Positions 19,716 to 29,146 of a stretch of 64,000 nt of DNA are shown in pieces. The notes below the pieces were generated by a model. It did no database searches. It had not been told where the DNA came from and saw only the letters and a list, made by a program, of their open reading frames with translations. The stretch comes from Chlorobiaceae bacterium (GTDB lineage Bacteria; Bacteroidota; Chlorobiia; Chlorobiales; Chlorobiaceae). A program made the position numbers and the translations under genes. The stretch is taken from assembly GCA_013334965.1 (NCBI GenBank), contig JAAXWO010000010.1:22522-86521 (forward strand), written 5' to 3'. How positions within the stretch are numbered: the first letter of the stretch is position 1; each line of letters begins with the position of its first letter.

Positions 19716-21800
19716 CAAGTCCGCGAAGCGGGTATGACTTATGCCAGCGCAGCGGAACGCTCTTCATCAACTTTATCGCTTACCGCCGGAGGCAATCGTG
19801 GAGGGTTTGGCGGGCCGCTTGCCTGCAGTTCCTGCAAGCGGCATGACAAACCCGAAGCTCCCGCGCGCTGGCGCGTCTTTTTGCTTTCCCCACCGCACAA
19901 AGCGTGACAGCGCGCCCGAGCGCTCCCCATGCCGGCTTGCCGGCCATATCGCCCCCCGACGCTCCCCATGCGCTGAGCTGGCGCGCTCTTTCCCTGTTGC
20001 GCGCCTGCTGAGCGCCATAGCGCCACCGCTGGCACAGCCACAAAACAGCACGAGCACCGGCCGCCTGGCGCGCTTGTTGCCTGAGTTTTTGCAACAAGCG
20101 TGACAGAATAGCGGCGGGTGCGGGGAGACGGATCAACAGCATGACGACGAGTAGCACGGAGAAAGCTGGCTTGTGCGCGCCAGCGGCCGTTTGCGCGCGC
20201 GCCAGCGTGACGGGATTGACGACCGCCTTGCGGACGCGCCTGCGCGGCCGTGTGGCGGCATGATATTGGCCAAACAACCCTCAACCGCTGATATTAGCGC
20301 CTGATGCCCCTGGCGGGCCGCTTGCGTGGCGTTCGGCAAGCGGCATGACAGGAAGGCATGAGGCGCGTAACGGAGCAAGATTGAACCTCGCCGACCTCCC
20401 GACGAGATTTCCTTTCCGGCTGTACGGCAATTCATGGAGCGCAGCGGCGCGCCTCGGTAGCAAAGCGGACGGGCGCGGCAAGTGGAGCGGAATGGATTGA
20501 CGCTCTGCCGGCATGAATACCGAGACAGTGCCACGTGAACCACAGATAAGGCAAAGGCCGCGAACCGCAACGTAGCGGGGCGAATGCAGTCCGTAGGGCA
20601 TAGAGAGGAACGAACGGAGCCCGAAGGCGCAATGAGAGAGCGGAGTGAGGACGCGCAAGGCTTTTGCCTGTAACGGATCGAGATAGAACCTTGACAGCCT
20701 CCCGACGAGATTTCCATTCCGGCTTGCTCCTCGCGGCGCGCCTGGCCGGGCTTGGCTTTGCCGGCGCTCCTGCCGGAGCGTTTTTGCGGCGCGTGGGCGG
20801 GTGGGATGGAGCGCCGCGCGAGTCCCCGCGCCGGCGACGCTCTTCATCGCCTGAGCGCAATTGCCGCAGCGGAGTGAGCCGAGGGAGCGTGCGCAGCGGA
20901 AGCGAAGAGGCGAAGGGAGCGGAGGCTGTTGTGCGCTGGCGGTTTGGGCCCCGGCGAGCCGCCGGGGATTGGCGGAGCATGAAGGCGCGGAAGGAAGGCG
21001 GACAGCAGCCGCGCCGCACGCGATCGAGCGGGCGGTCCTGCACGCGGATGCTGTCCGCCGCCGCGCCTTGATGCGGAGCCCAAGCGGAGCGCCATAGGCG
21101 TGGAGCGCGACGCGTTTTCAGTGCGTGAGCGCGCGGAGCCGGTAGCCGAAGGGCGTGGCGACAGGAGCGAGCAGTTCCGGCTTGCCGGAGCGCGAGCGGA
21201 TGGAGTGCCCGCAGGCTATCGGCGAGCACGGCTTACGCCATGCCCCGAGCGCGATCCTCGCCGGAAGCAAGCAATGGCTGGCGCCCGACGCAGCATTGCG
21301 CGAACAGCGCGCGGCGGGTGTCAGCCGTTGCGAAAGGTGGGCGGATGGCGTGAACTTCGCCTGCGGGCCGGCGTGGCAGTGAGCCGCTGCGCAGGAGCTG
21401 CGGCGGAAGCGGCGGCACTGGCAGCGGCGAACGGGGAGGGCGGGCGATGCGACGAAGGAGCGAGGACGCGCGAGCCGCGCCGGGCATGGCATAAATAGCG
21501 AAAGCCGCTGCGCCCCTACGGTTTTGCGGCTTTCTAAGTGTGGCAGAAAACTTGCGCCTTCTGTTGTACACCATTTGAATTTACATTTTTCCATCATTAT
21601 TACATCGCCCTCCAGCTATTTTTTGGACATCATCGCCAAATATGCGCGTGCTGCGCACCGTAGCGCAGAGAGGAGCGAAGCGGGAGAGGCTGAGCGAGCT
21701 TGCGAGCGAAGCCCGGACGCGAAGACGACGAACGAAGTGGAGAGCGCAAAGCAGACGCGGTCAACACGCTTGCCAATCTAAGCTTTCAGCGACCAAGGAC
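19626..21800. other. GC-rich structured non-coding tract A
   Basis: No credible ORF; at least 12 plus-strand GCGNAGC motifs; many short hairpins. Confidence 0.6.
20367..20724. repeat. Imperfect 55-bp direct repeat pair (20367-20421, 20670-20724)
   Basis: GTAACGGA..AGAT.GAACCT.G.C..CCTCCCGACGAGATTTCC.TTCCGGCT in both copies. Confidence 0.85.
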
Positions 21801-21881
21801 TGAAACCCGACTCCGAATTACGCGAAAAGCGCGGAGAGTAGGTAGATGGATAGATCTTCGCCTAAAATGATTGCAGCATTT

Positions 21882-22559
21882 TCATTTTTTTTCAGGAACT
21901 GCAAGTTTTATATATGCACTATTCTTAAGTTCAATGTCTGCCGCTGTCTTTTTAGACCCAGTAGTTTTTGTTATTTCCATAATAGCATGCGATATCGTTC
22001 CTGCCTGATAATAGTCCTCCACGTCTATCAATGCTTTCAAAAGCGAATATTGAATCACATTACCCCCAAGACCATTATATATAGTAGCAAGAATCTCTGC
22101 ACGGCTTGCTTGCATCTGTGAAATCACTGCAAACAATGTTTGATCATAATATGCGTTTTTATCAAATGATGTTTTAATACCTGTCAAAGCACCTGTAGCT
22201 TGAGAAAATATTGCCTGAGTGCTTGACACCTTGGATAGTGCTCCACCGGCACTTAATAGCAATACAGCGGAGTCAGTGCCAATGCTCAACCCCTTACTTT
22301 CCATTGTAATATCATTGACAAACTTAGTGTAATTTAGGTCAATCGCTCGAATGCGTCCAAAAACTACATTGTCTCTGTATTCTTGTTTAGCAGCCCCTTT
22401 TTTATCGTTATAATCTTTGATAACATTTGCTGAAAAATATGGCTTTAAGGCATGTAATTCAGTATTTACATTATCAGAGCGCTGTGGACTATTTTCTAAT
22501 GACGCACAACCCGACAAAATAAGTATCGTGCATAGCGAAATAAATGTTAACGGCTTCAT
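21882..22559 (-). CDS. Lipoprotein of unknown function (AT-rich cargo)
   Basis: Signal peptide with lipobox LSGC; helical body. Confidence 0.75.
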   Translation of the reverse strand: MKPLTFISLCTILILSGCASLENSPQRSDNVNTELHALKPYFSANVIKDYNDKKGAAKQEYRDNVVFGRIRAIDLNYTKFVNDITMESKGLSIGTDSAVLLLSAGGALSKVSSTQAIFSQATGALTGIKTSFDKNAYYDQTLFAVISQMQASRAEILATIYNGLGGNVIQYSLLKALIDVEDYYQAGTISHAIMEITKTTGSKKTAADIELKNSAYIKLAVPEKK

Positions 22560-22654
22560 TACACTATCTCCTTTTTTAGAAATAAATAAAACACTCGCCT
22601 TTCTTTATAAATATTCTCATATACTTCTGAAATCTTTATCATTTCAGATTGATT

Positions 22655-23365
22655 TTATGGCCTACACACACCGCACACCCGATACCCTACGCTGATCGCC
22701 GCCTCTCTGCTTGCAAACTCCGCTGTGCAGTTACGGCAGTTGAACTGCTTGCAACCTGCGCGATGAAATACCTTACTCTTCGTATTGCCTCGAAATGCTA
22801 CTGCTTCAGCTGAACGTAATGCATTAAGAGAAAACTGAGGATCTCCCCCTGATGATGAAGCCCCGCGCTTTGCCTTCCGGAACTCCCATGGCGGCAACGG
22901 CTGCGGATCAACCCACAGGCCCTTTTTCTGCAGCCGCGCTTCCCTTTCCAGAACCGCAAGATTGCTATCTGAAGAGTACTGCTTGTAATGCCAAGCGAGG
23001 CCTGCGCGAATCAGTTCTTCGTTTAGCGACTTCCCTTCGATATAAACCCGCCCGATGGTTCTGCCATAGCGGTCAATACCTACCCGGTCAAGGTTGACAT
23101 CCTTTCCGAACACAAGATTACTTGCAAGCTGCTTTGCTCGCTGGCCGAATGGCTGATTCTTTTCAGGGCAGTCGATGCCGTAAAGTCGGATTTTTTCTGT
23201 GTGGCCTTCGATAAGCATCGTTATCGTATCGCCGTCACTCACGCCTACGCATTTCCCGCTGATCGCCTGCGCAAAAGAGAGCTGAAATGAGAAGAGACAC
23301 AGGATCAGAACACAGGCACAAAACCTGTATCGTCGATATTGGGATGTGATGAAGATTTTTTTCAC
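22655..23365 (-). CDS. Secreted thermonuclease (SNase) with C-terminal Ada-like Zn-binding domain
   Basis: VSDGDT, IRLYGIDCPE, DRYGRT motifs; GNTKSKVFHRAGC...GYRVCGVCRP; N-terminal signal sequence, GTG start. Confidence 0.9.
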   Translation of the reverse strand: MKKIFITSQYRRYRFCACVLILCLFSFQLSFAQAISGKCVGVSDGDTITMLIEGHTEKIRLYGIDCPEKNQPFGQRAKQLASNLVFGKDVNLDRVGIDRYGRTIGRVYIEGKSLNEELIRAGLAWHYKQYSSDSNLAVLEREARLQKKGLWVDPQPLPPWEFRKAKRGASSSGGDPQFSLNALRSAEAVAFRGNTKSKVFHRAGCKQFNCRNCTAEFASREAAISVGYRVCGVCRP

Positions 23366-23395
23366 ATCGTAAATCCAGAAGTAACACCGTTAAGA

Positions 23396-23570
23396 ATGGT
23401 ACAGATCAGAGACAGATGAGGTTACAGATATGGAACAGATCAAGATATTACAAAATATTACAATACGAATACACCTGAACAGATTGAGAACAGATCAGGA
23501 GCAGATCATGGTTCGCTACTAAGGAGAACAGAAGAAACCAGAAAGAGGAATCCCCTATAATCCCCCTTTT
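23396..23570 (+). repeat. Second iteron-like CAGAT(C) cluster / decayed copy of the initiator's origin region
   Basis: CAGATC at 23402, 23436, 23491, 23502 plus variants; ends CCCCTATAATCCCCCTTTT versus CCCTGTAATCCCCCTCTTTT in the initiator gene. Confidence 0.65.
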
Positions 23571-23649
23571 GGACTTTCAGAATATTTAATTTTCTTTAAA
23601 TATATTTACGATAATAAGCAGTAATATCTTTAAAGAAAACCCCCTGACC

Positions 23650-24339
23650 ATGCGACGCATCCTCTCCCCTTTTTACCGAATTTTTTTATCCTCCATCTCC
23701 TTTCTCGATGACCCCGCGGGCGGTGGAAGCGGCGCGCCTGCTGGTGAAAAGAGCTTTTCGCAGGCTGATGTCGACCGCATTGTTAGCGAGCGCGTCGCAC
23801 GTGCAACTCAACCATTCAGCGGCATCGATCCCAAGGAGTTCGCGCGGCTGAAGGATGAAGAGCAGGCACGCCAGCAGAAGGAGGCGGAAAAGAAGGGAGA
23901 GTATGAAAAGATCATCGCTCAGCAGAAAACCGACTCCGACAAGGAAATCGGTTCGCTCAAAGCGCAGCTTGCGGCAGAGCGGATCGATGGCGCGCTTGTG
24001 CGCGAGGCGGCTGCACAGAGTGCCATCAGCCCGGCGCAGGTGAAAGAGCTGCTGAAGAGCCATGTTCGCACGACTGAGGCAGGGGGAATCGAAGTTCTCG
24101 ATGCTGAAGGAAAGCCCGCCTTCAGGGAGGGCAAACCGGTCACGGTTGCCGACCTGGTTGCAGGGTTCCTGAAGGAGAACACGCATTTCGTGAGCGCGAA
24201 CCCGCCAGGCGGTGGCGCTGATGGCGACAAGGGCGGCAAGAGCGCGCCTGCGCGCAAGATTGGCGAGCTCGACATGAGCAAGCCGGAAGACCGGAAGTAT
24301 TACGAAGAGCATTACCGCGGGCAAGAGCGCAAGAAGTAA
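23650..24339 (+). CDS. Capsid scaffold protein (DUF4355-like)
   Basis: KSFSQADVDRIVSERVAR motif, coiled coil, Gly-rich tail, immediately upstream of the major capsid gene. Confidence 0.8.
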   Translation: MRRILSPFYRIFLSSISFLDDPAGGGSGAPAGEKSFSQADVDRIVSERVARATQPFSGIDPKEFARLKDEEQARQQKEAEKKGEYEKIIAQQKTDSDKEIGSLKAQLAAERIDGALVREAAAQSAISPAQVKELLKSHVRTTEAGGIEVLDAEGKPAFREGKPVTVADLVAGFLKENTHFVSANPPGGGADGDKGGKSAPARKIGELDMSKPEDRKYYEEHYRGQERKK

Positions 24340-24426
24340 CGGCAAACTGAAAGGCCGTCAAATCAGGTCAAGGCAAACTGTAAGGCCGGAAAATCAGGAT
24401 GATCACCAACACAAAACCTTTGAACG

Positions 24427-25284
24427 ATGGGTATCAATTTTTCTTCCATGCTCACCGAGCTGGAACCCGAGATCAGGGTTGAGGCGCAGTATGTGCTGTA
24501 CCGTCAATCCCTGTTCCTGCCGCTCATCATGAGCAAAAACACGAGCGGCATTCCCGGCCTGACCACCACATTCCCGAAACTCGGAAACATGATTGCCGCT
24601 GATGTCGCTGAAACCGATGAAACTCCTGAAACCGAACTGAATCCTGATGATGAGGAAATCCGTGTGAGTGAAAAGGAGCTGAATGTTCCGATCACTGACA
24701 TGGGGCTCGAAGCTGTCGGACCTGATGAGCTTATCAAGATGGTCGGCGAGCTGCTTGGCGCCGGCATGGCTCGCAAGTTCGACAGGGATATTGCGGCGAC
24801 GTTCAGCCAGTTCACCAAGAAATTCGGAACTGCTGGTAACGCGCTGACACCAGGAACGCCGGCAAAGGCTGTCACCTACCTGGTCACCCAGGAAGCGCCA
24901 GGCACCATGTTCGGCGCGTTGCACCCTTATCAGGCGCTCGATATCAAGGAGTCGCTGACCAACCTGTACGGCGAAGGTACCAAGACCCCGCCTTCAGAAA
25001 TGAAGGCCAATGAGATCCTGTATCAGTACTACATCGGGTCTCTGAGCGGCGCAAACTTCCTCGAAACTGCAGCCATCCTCCCGGATGCGAACGCTGATGC
25101 ATACGGTGCGGTCTGGACACCGCGCGCGATCGGCGCGAACATCAAAAAGCTGTTCGAGCTTGAGTATGAGCGCTCGGGCAAAAAGCGCGTGACGCACATC
25201 CTCGCGCATGGCATGTGGGGCGCGAAGGCCATCAACCCGCTGTGGGGCGTCGGGATGTTCGGCGACTGCAGCGAGCCGGTCTGA
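24427..25284 (+). CDS. Major capsid protein (HK97-fold, scaffold-dependent type)
   Basis: 285 aa after scaffold; FPKLG..AADVAE, LGAGMARKFDRDI, ALHPYQA.DI and G.WGA patterns typical of phage coat proteins. Confidence 0.8.
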   Translation: MGINFSSMLTELEPEIRVEAQYVLYRQSLFLPLIMSKNTSGIPGLTTTFPKLGNMIAADVAETDETPETELNPDDEEIRVSEKELNVPITDMGLEAVGPDELIKMVGELLGAGMARKFDRDIAATFSQFTKKFGTAGNALTPGTPAKAVTYLVTQEAPGTMFGALHPYQALDIKESLTNLYGEGTKTPPSEMKANEILYQYYIGSLSGANFLETAAILPDANADAYGAVWTPRAIGANIKKLFELEYERSGKKRVTHILAHGMWGAKAINPLWGVGMFGDCSEPV

Positions 25285-25360
25285 CGAGTTTTTGTTCAGC
25301 GGGTTCCCCCGGTTCTGTATTGGCCGGGGGTTCTTATCAAAATCACAGTATTTCACGCTC

Positions 25361-26698
25361 ATGACTCCCTTTGAAAAACTCGCGCGAGAATCGTCTCTCC
25401 AGTCTCTCACGGAAAAAACAGTATCCATCCTTTCCCGGTTACCCGAGCTGATTTCTGGACGGATGCCGACACAGGACGCCGCTTATAGCTCAACCTACGG
25501 CATGGGCATTGTCGGCAACAATCGCGCTCAGTTCCGCGATGAGTTCTTTTCGTTTGATACGGCCAACGTCTGGGACCTGGTTCAGACAGGGGCAGGGATG
25601 GCCTTGAATCTTGGAGGCAACGCCTCGGGGTCAAGATATCTCGCAATATCTACGGGGATGACCGCAAATTCCGAGACAATTTTGCAGACGAAAGCATCGT
25701 TCATGCTCCCCTGCAAGCTCTCTTTTGGCTTATCGATGTCTCAACGGATCGCCGATCAGGAGGTTTTCGTTGAGCTGGTCAGTATTGATAGCTCAGGCGC
25801 TGTTGAGACAAGTACCCTGTTCCCCTCCTCGAATCTCAATAACGCTGCAAATGCCGCGTCTATAAAATTCGATGGAGCAACGACAGCAAACGCGATCAAT
25901 ATAATCCGTGGATATGGGGTGTCTGAACTCGCATCCGGATCGTTAGCGTTCCTGACTACGGCTGCCTCCGGAGCTCCGCCAAACTTTTTCCCGGCGACGG
26001 TCTTCGAGATCAATGCCGATTCTGAAGAGGTGGTTTTCGGTGCCCGCGCAATTGATTCCCTTGCCGGAATGACGCTTGCTGCAAAACGCACGCAAAACCT
26101 GCCCGACACGAGCAAGCGATACAAGGTGCGGATCAGGGTGCGGAACCTCGCATCATCACCGGCCTCCTCAACGGATGTGCGCCTGCATTTCGTGCGTGTG
26201 GTCAATGCAACGCAAATCACCGTCGATATGGCGCGCCATATGGGACGCACCAGCGACGTCGCCGACTCTCTGCCGGTATCCATTGCCGCGCCGATGCCTG
26301 CACTTGTCGCAGGCTCAGCGCTGATCGGCGATATCAGCATGCAATATCGGGCAGGGGCTTCCGGCGGGGCGTCAATCAAACATATCGTTTCTATTGCAGG
26401 AACAAACGCCCAGGTCGTGAAAAATTCTGCCGGGCGATTGCTTGGCTGGCAGATGACCAACACAACTGCAAGCTGGCGCTACCTGAAGATCTACAATACC
26501 AACGTGGCACCTACTCCGGGAACGACAACCGTCATTATGACCATTGCCATTCCGCCCGGCCAGATCTCGGATTTCATGGCTGAAGGTGGCCTGGCGTTTT
26601 CTATTGGCATATCGTGCGCCATTCTTGCGGGTTCTGCCGTAACGGACAACACCCCCATTGCCGCCGGTGATGTGGTCGGTAACATTTTCTATGCTTAA
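25361..26698 (+). CDS. Putative virion structural protein (spike/decoration-like, beta-rich)
   Basis: 445 aa, Ser/Thr/Ala-rich; C-terminal TNAQVVKNSAGRL.G....N.....RYLKIYN domain seen in phage structural genes. Confidence 0.55.
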   Translation: MTPFEKLARESSLQSLTEKTVSILSRLPELISGRMPTQDAAYSSTYGMGIVGNNRAQFRDEFFSFDTANVWDLVQTGAGMALNLGGNASGSRYLAISTGMTANSETILQTKASFMLPCKLSFGLSMSQRIADQEVFVELVSIDSSGAVETSTLFPSSNLNNAANAASIKFDGATTANAINIIRGYGVSELASGSLAFLTTAASGAPPNFFPATVFEINADSEEVVFGARAIDSLAGMTLAAKRTQNLPDTSKRYKVRIRVRNLASSPASSTDVRLHFVRVVNATQITVDMARHMGRTSDVADSLPVSIAAPMPALVAGSALIGDISMQYRAGASGGASIKHIVSIAGTNAQVVKNSAGRLLGWQMTNTTASWRYLKIYNTNVAPTPGTTTVIMTIAIPPGQISDFMAEGGLAFSIGISCAILAGSAVTDNTPIAAGDVVGNIFYA

Positions 26699-26710
26699 CC
26701 GTTCATACTC

Positions 26711-27139
26711 ATGACCTTCTCATCTGACACCGATCTGCAAAATATCCTGCCTGGCATCTTCAGCTATGGCATTACCAGCTACGCTCAATACCATGCGACC
26801 GCCGCGGCTGAGTTGATACGCGATATCCGCCGCTACTGGATTCCAAGGCAATCGACCGTTCTGTTCAAGGATTTCAATAAAGACAAACTCGATTCGAATC
26901 AGTGGGTTCGAGCATCTTGCCTGCGCGTGCTTGCATATCATGTATTGCCGCGCCTGGTGCTTGAAGTTGCACCGACAGACACAACTCCCGATTTCAAGAC
27001 GCTGATCAACACCTATAAGGCCAACTACAGGGAAGAACTTGACAACGTCATCACTGATGGCGTGTTCTACAATACCGGCAACGGCCTTGTGTGGATTGAA
27101 TCCATCAGCATCGCCGAATCTCAACGGCTCATCAGATGA
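26711..27139 (+). CDS. Putative head-tail adaptor / head completion protein
   Basis: MTFSSDTDLQ..LP.IF..G start, IR..W motif, 142 aa, in the head module. Confidence 0.6.
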   Translation: MTFSSDTDLQNILPGIFSYGITSYAQYHATAAAELIRDIRRYWIPRQSTVLFKDFNKDKLDSNQWVRASCLRVLAYHVLPRLVLEVAPTDTTPDFKTLINTYKANYREELDNVITDGVFYNTGNGLVWIESISIAESQRLIR

Positions 27140-27146
27140 TTGCCAA

Positions 27147-27365
27147 ATGACTGAAGAGGTATGCTGCACCCAGGTCATCGAGCATGGAGAAAGGATTCAT
27201 GCTCTTGAGGACCGCCAAACAAAAACGGAGACCACGTTGGAAAAAATATTTGACCGACTGGAAGCAAACCGGAAATGGCAGATAAGCCAGATACTGACAG
27301 CCATTGCGCTCCTGATCGAGGGCATTGGACTGCTCGCCGCGATCGTCAACTATGCAAAGCCGTAA
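27147..27365 (+). CDS. Small XhlA-like membrane protein
   Basis: Coiled coil (RIHALEDRQTK) plus one C-terminal TM helix, 72 aa. Confidence 0.6.
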   Translation: MTEEVCCTQVIEHGERIHALEDRQTKTETTLEKIFDRLEANRKWQISQILTAIALLIEGIGLLAAIVNYAKP

Positions 27366-27367
27366 AC

Positions 27368-27919
27368 ATGAACATTCTGAAAACGCTGATCGGCACGGCT
27401 GCCCCGGCGCTGGCGGCTGCGCTTGGCGCTCCGGCGCTGGCGCTGGACGCTGTGAAATTCCTTTCTTCCAGGATCCTCGGCAAACCTGATGGCACTGCGG
27501 AAGAAGTGGCGCAAATGGTGCAGGAGTGGAGTCCAGAGCAAAGGCTCGAACTGACCCGGCTCGATCATGATTACAACCTCGCCATGCTTCAGCAGGGCAT
27601 CAATGTATTCGAACTTGAGATTAAAGACCGCCAGGGAGCACGAGAGATGGCCGTGGCTGCAAAGAACATGTGGCCTCAAATGATTCTTGCCATCATCTAT
27701 AATCTCGGGTTCTTTGGCGTTCTATGGGCGCTTATCGCTTCGATGGGCAATGTTCTGCAGATCAATGCGTCCATCAAGGACACCTTGATTTTTCTCCTGG
27801 GCGTCATGGCCAGCGAGCTGAAAAACGTGAACGCATTCTGGGTTGGATCGAGCTACGGAAGCAAGGAGAAGAATGATCAGCAGTTCGCAGCTCTCATGCA
27901 GCAGAACGCCCGTGCATGA
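27368..27919 (+). CDS. Holin-like protein (3TM/GTA-holin-like family)
   Basis: AAPALAAALG, DRQGAR, two TM helices, FWVGSSYGSKEK C-terminal motif. Confidence 0.7.
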   Translation: MNILKTLIGTAAPALAAALGAPALALDAVKFLSSRILGKPDGTAEEVAQMVQEWSPEQRLELTRLDHDYNLAMLQQGINVFELEIKDRQGAREMAVAAKNMWPQMILAIIYNLGFFGVLWALIASMGNVLQINASIKDTLIFLLGVMASELKNVNAFWVGSSYGSKEKNDQQFAALMQQNARA

Positions 27920-29145
27920 AATTCGGCATCGACAAGGCGCGCATGCTTCCCCATCAGCGGGCCTTCTGGGACGCGCCGTCGTTCATGAAGCTGCTTGTCG
28001 GCGGTTACGGTTGCGGTAAAACCCATATCGGCGCGCTGCGCATGCTTTTCCTCAGCTACATCAACAGACCTTACCCGGTGCTTTACGTGAGCCCGACCTA
28101 TCCCCAGGCGCGCCGGACGATCATTTTCACGCTCGAAGCGATGCTGCATAACAGCCGCATCAGGTACGATTACAACCGGACATATCATGAATTCCTGATC
28201 CCGGGATGGGGTGGCCTGATCTGGATCGCTTCCGGCGAAATTCCGAACAGCTTGAAGGGACCGAACGTCGCTGCAGCCGGCATCGATGAGCCGTTCATCC
28301 AGCGGAAAGAGACCTTCGATGTCGTGCTTTCGCGCGTTCGCGAGAGCAAAGCGAAGCTGAACGAAATCTTCCTGACCGGCACGCCGGAGCAGCTCAATTG
28401 GGGCTACGATGTGGCCATGAACGATGAGAAGAAATATGATCTGTCACTGATTTACGGCCGCACCCAGGACAACACGCACTTGACGGATCAATTCATCCAG
28501 ATGCTGCATGACGCTTATGACGAGAACCAGCGTGCAGCCTACATGAACGGGATTTTCGTGAACCTCACGAAAGGCCGTGTTTACGGCTATTTCAATCGAC
28601 ACAAACACATCGACCGGCAGGAAATAGGTTCCGATCGCAAGGTATGCGCCGGGATTGATTTCAACGTGGACTACATGACCGCAGAACTCTTCATCGACGA
28701 TGGGAAAAGGATTCACTTTTTTGATGAAATCCGCATGTCGGATTCTGACACCTTCGCTCTGGCCAACATGCTGCATGAGCGCTTCCCGGGAATCACCGTT
28801 TACCCCGATGCCAGTGGCGACAGCAGAAAAACCTCGAGCAAGAAATCTGATCACACCATACTCAGGGACAAGGGCTTCAAGGTCGTCGCGCCGTCGAAGA
28901 ATCCGGCGGTCAAGGACCGCGTGAACGCCGTTCAGCGCATGCTCAGGGCTGATGAAATCACCATCGGCAACTGCCCGTTCCTCATCAAGGATTTCGAGCG
29001 CGTCGTCTGGAAAAACGGCGAGATCGACAAGCTGACAGACAAGTCGCTCACGCACGCGAGCGATGCGGCCGGCTACCCGGTCAGCTTTTTGCACCCTGTA
29101 AAGATTGATAAATCATACGAACAACCTTCCCACTGGAGCGTATAA
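27916..29145 (+). CDS. Terminase large subunit (PBSX-like)
   Basis: Walker A GGYGCGKT, Walker B GIDE, TGTPE, GIDFN and HASDAAGY nuclease motifs. Confidence 0.93.
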   Translation: MKFGIDKARMLPHQRAFWDAPSFMKLLVGGYGCGKTHIGALRMLFLSYINRPYPVLYVSPTYPQARRTIIFTLEAMLHNSRIRYDYNRTYHEFLIPGWGGLIWIASGEIPNSLKGPNVAAAGIDEPFIQRKETFDVVLSRVRESKAKLNEIFLTGTPEQLNWGYDVAMNDEKKYDLSLIYGRTQDNTHLTDQFIQMLHDAYDENQRAAYMNGIFVNLTKGRVYGYFNRHKHIDRQEIGSDRKVCAGIDFNVDYMTAELFIDDGKRIHFFDEIRMSDSDTFALANMLHERFPGITVYPDASGDSRKTSSKKSDHTILRDKGFKVVAPSKNPAVKDRVNAVQRMLRADEITIGNCPFLIKDFERVVWKNGEIDKLTDKSLTHASDAAGYPVSFLHPVKIDKSYEQPSHWSV

Positions 29146-29146
29146 G

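Noticed and set aside
20367-20724. 55-bp repeats as a mini-CRISPR or DGR template/variable repeat
   Set aside because: Only two copies 303 bp apart. Mismatches are not adenine-specific, and there is no reverse transcriptase or cas gene in the window.
19626-21597. Numerous 60-265 aa ORFs in tract A
   Set aside because: Arg/Ala/Gly-rich, mutually overlapping in all frames and without motifs. This is expected from stop-codon scarcity in GC-rich DNA. A real small gene cannot be fully excluded.
19626-21800. Conjugative oriT plus relaxase
   Set aside because: No HUH or relaxase ORF in the element and no recognisable nic motif. Mobilisation in trans remains untested.
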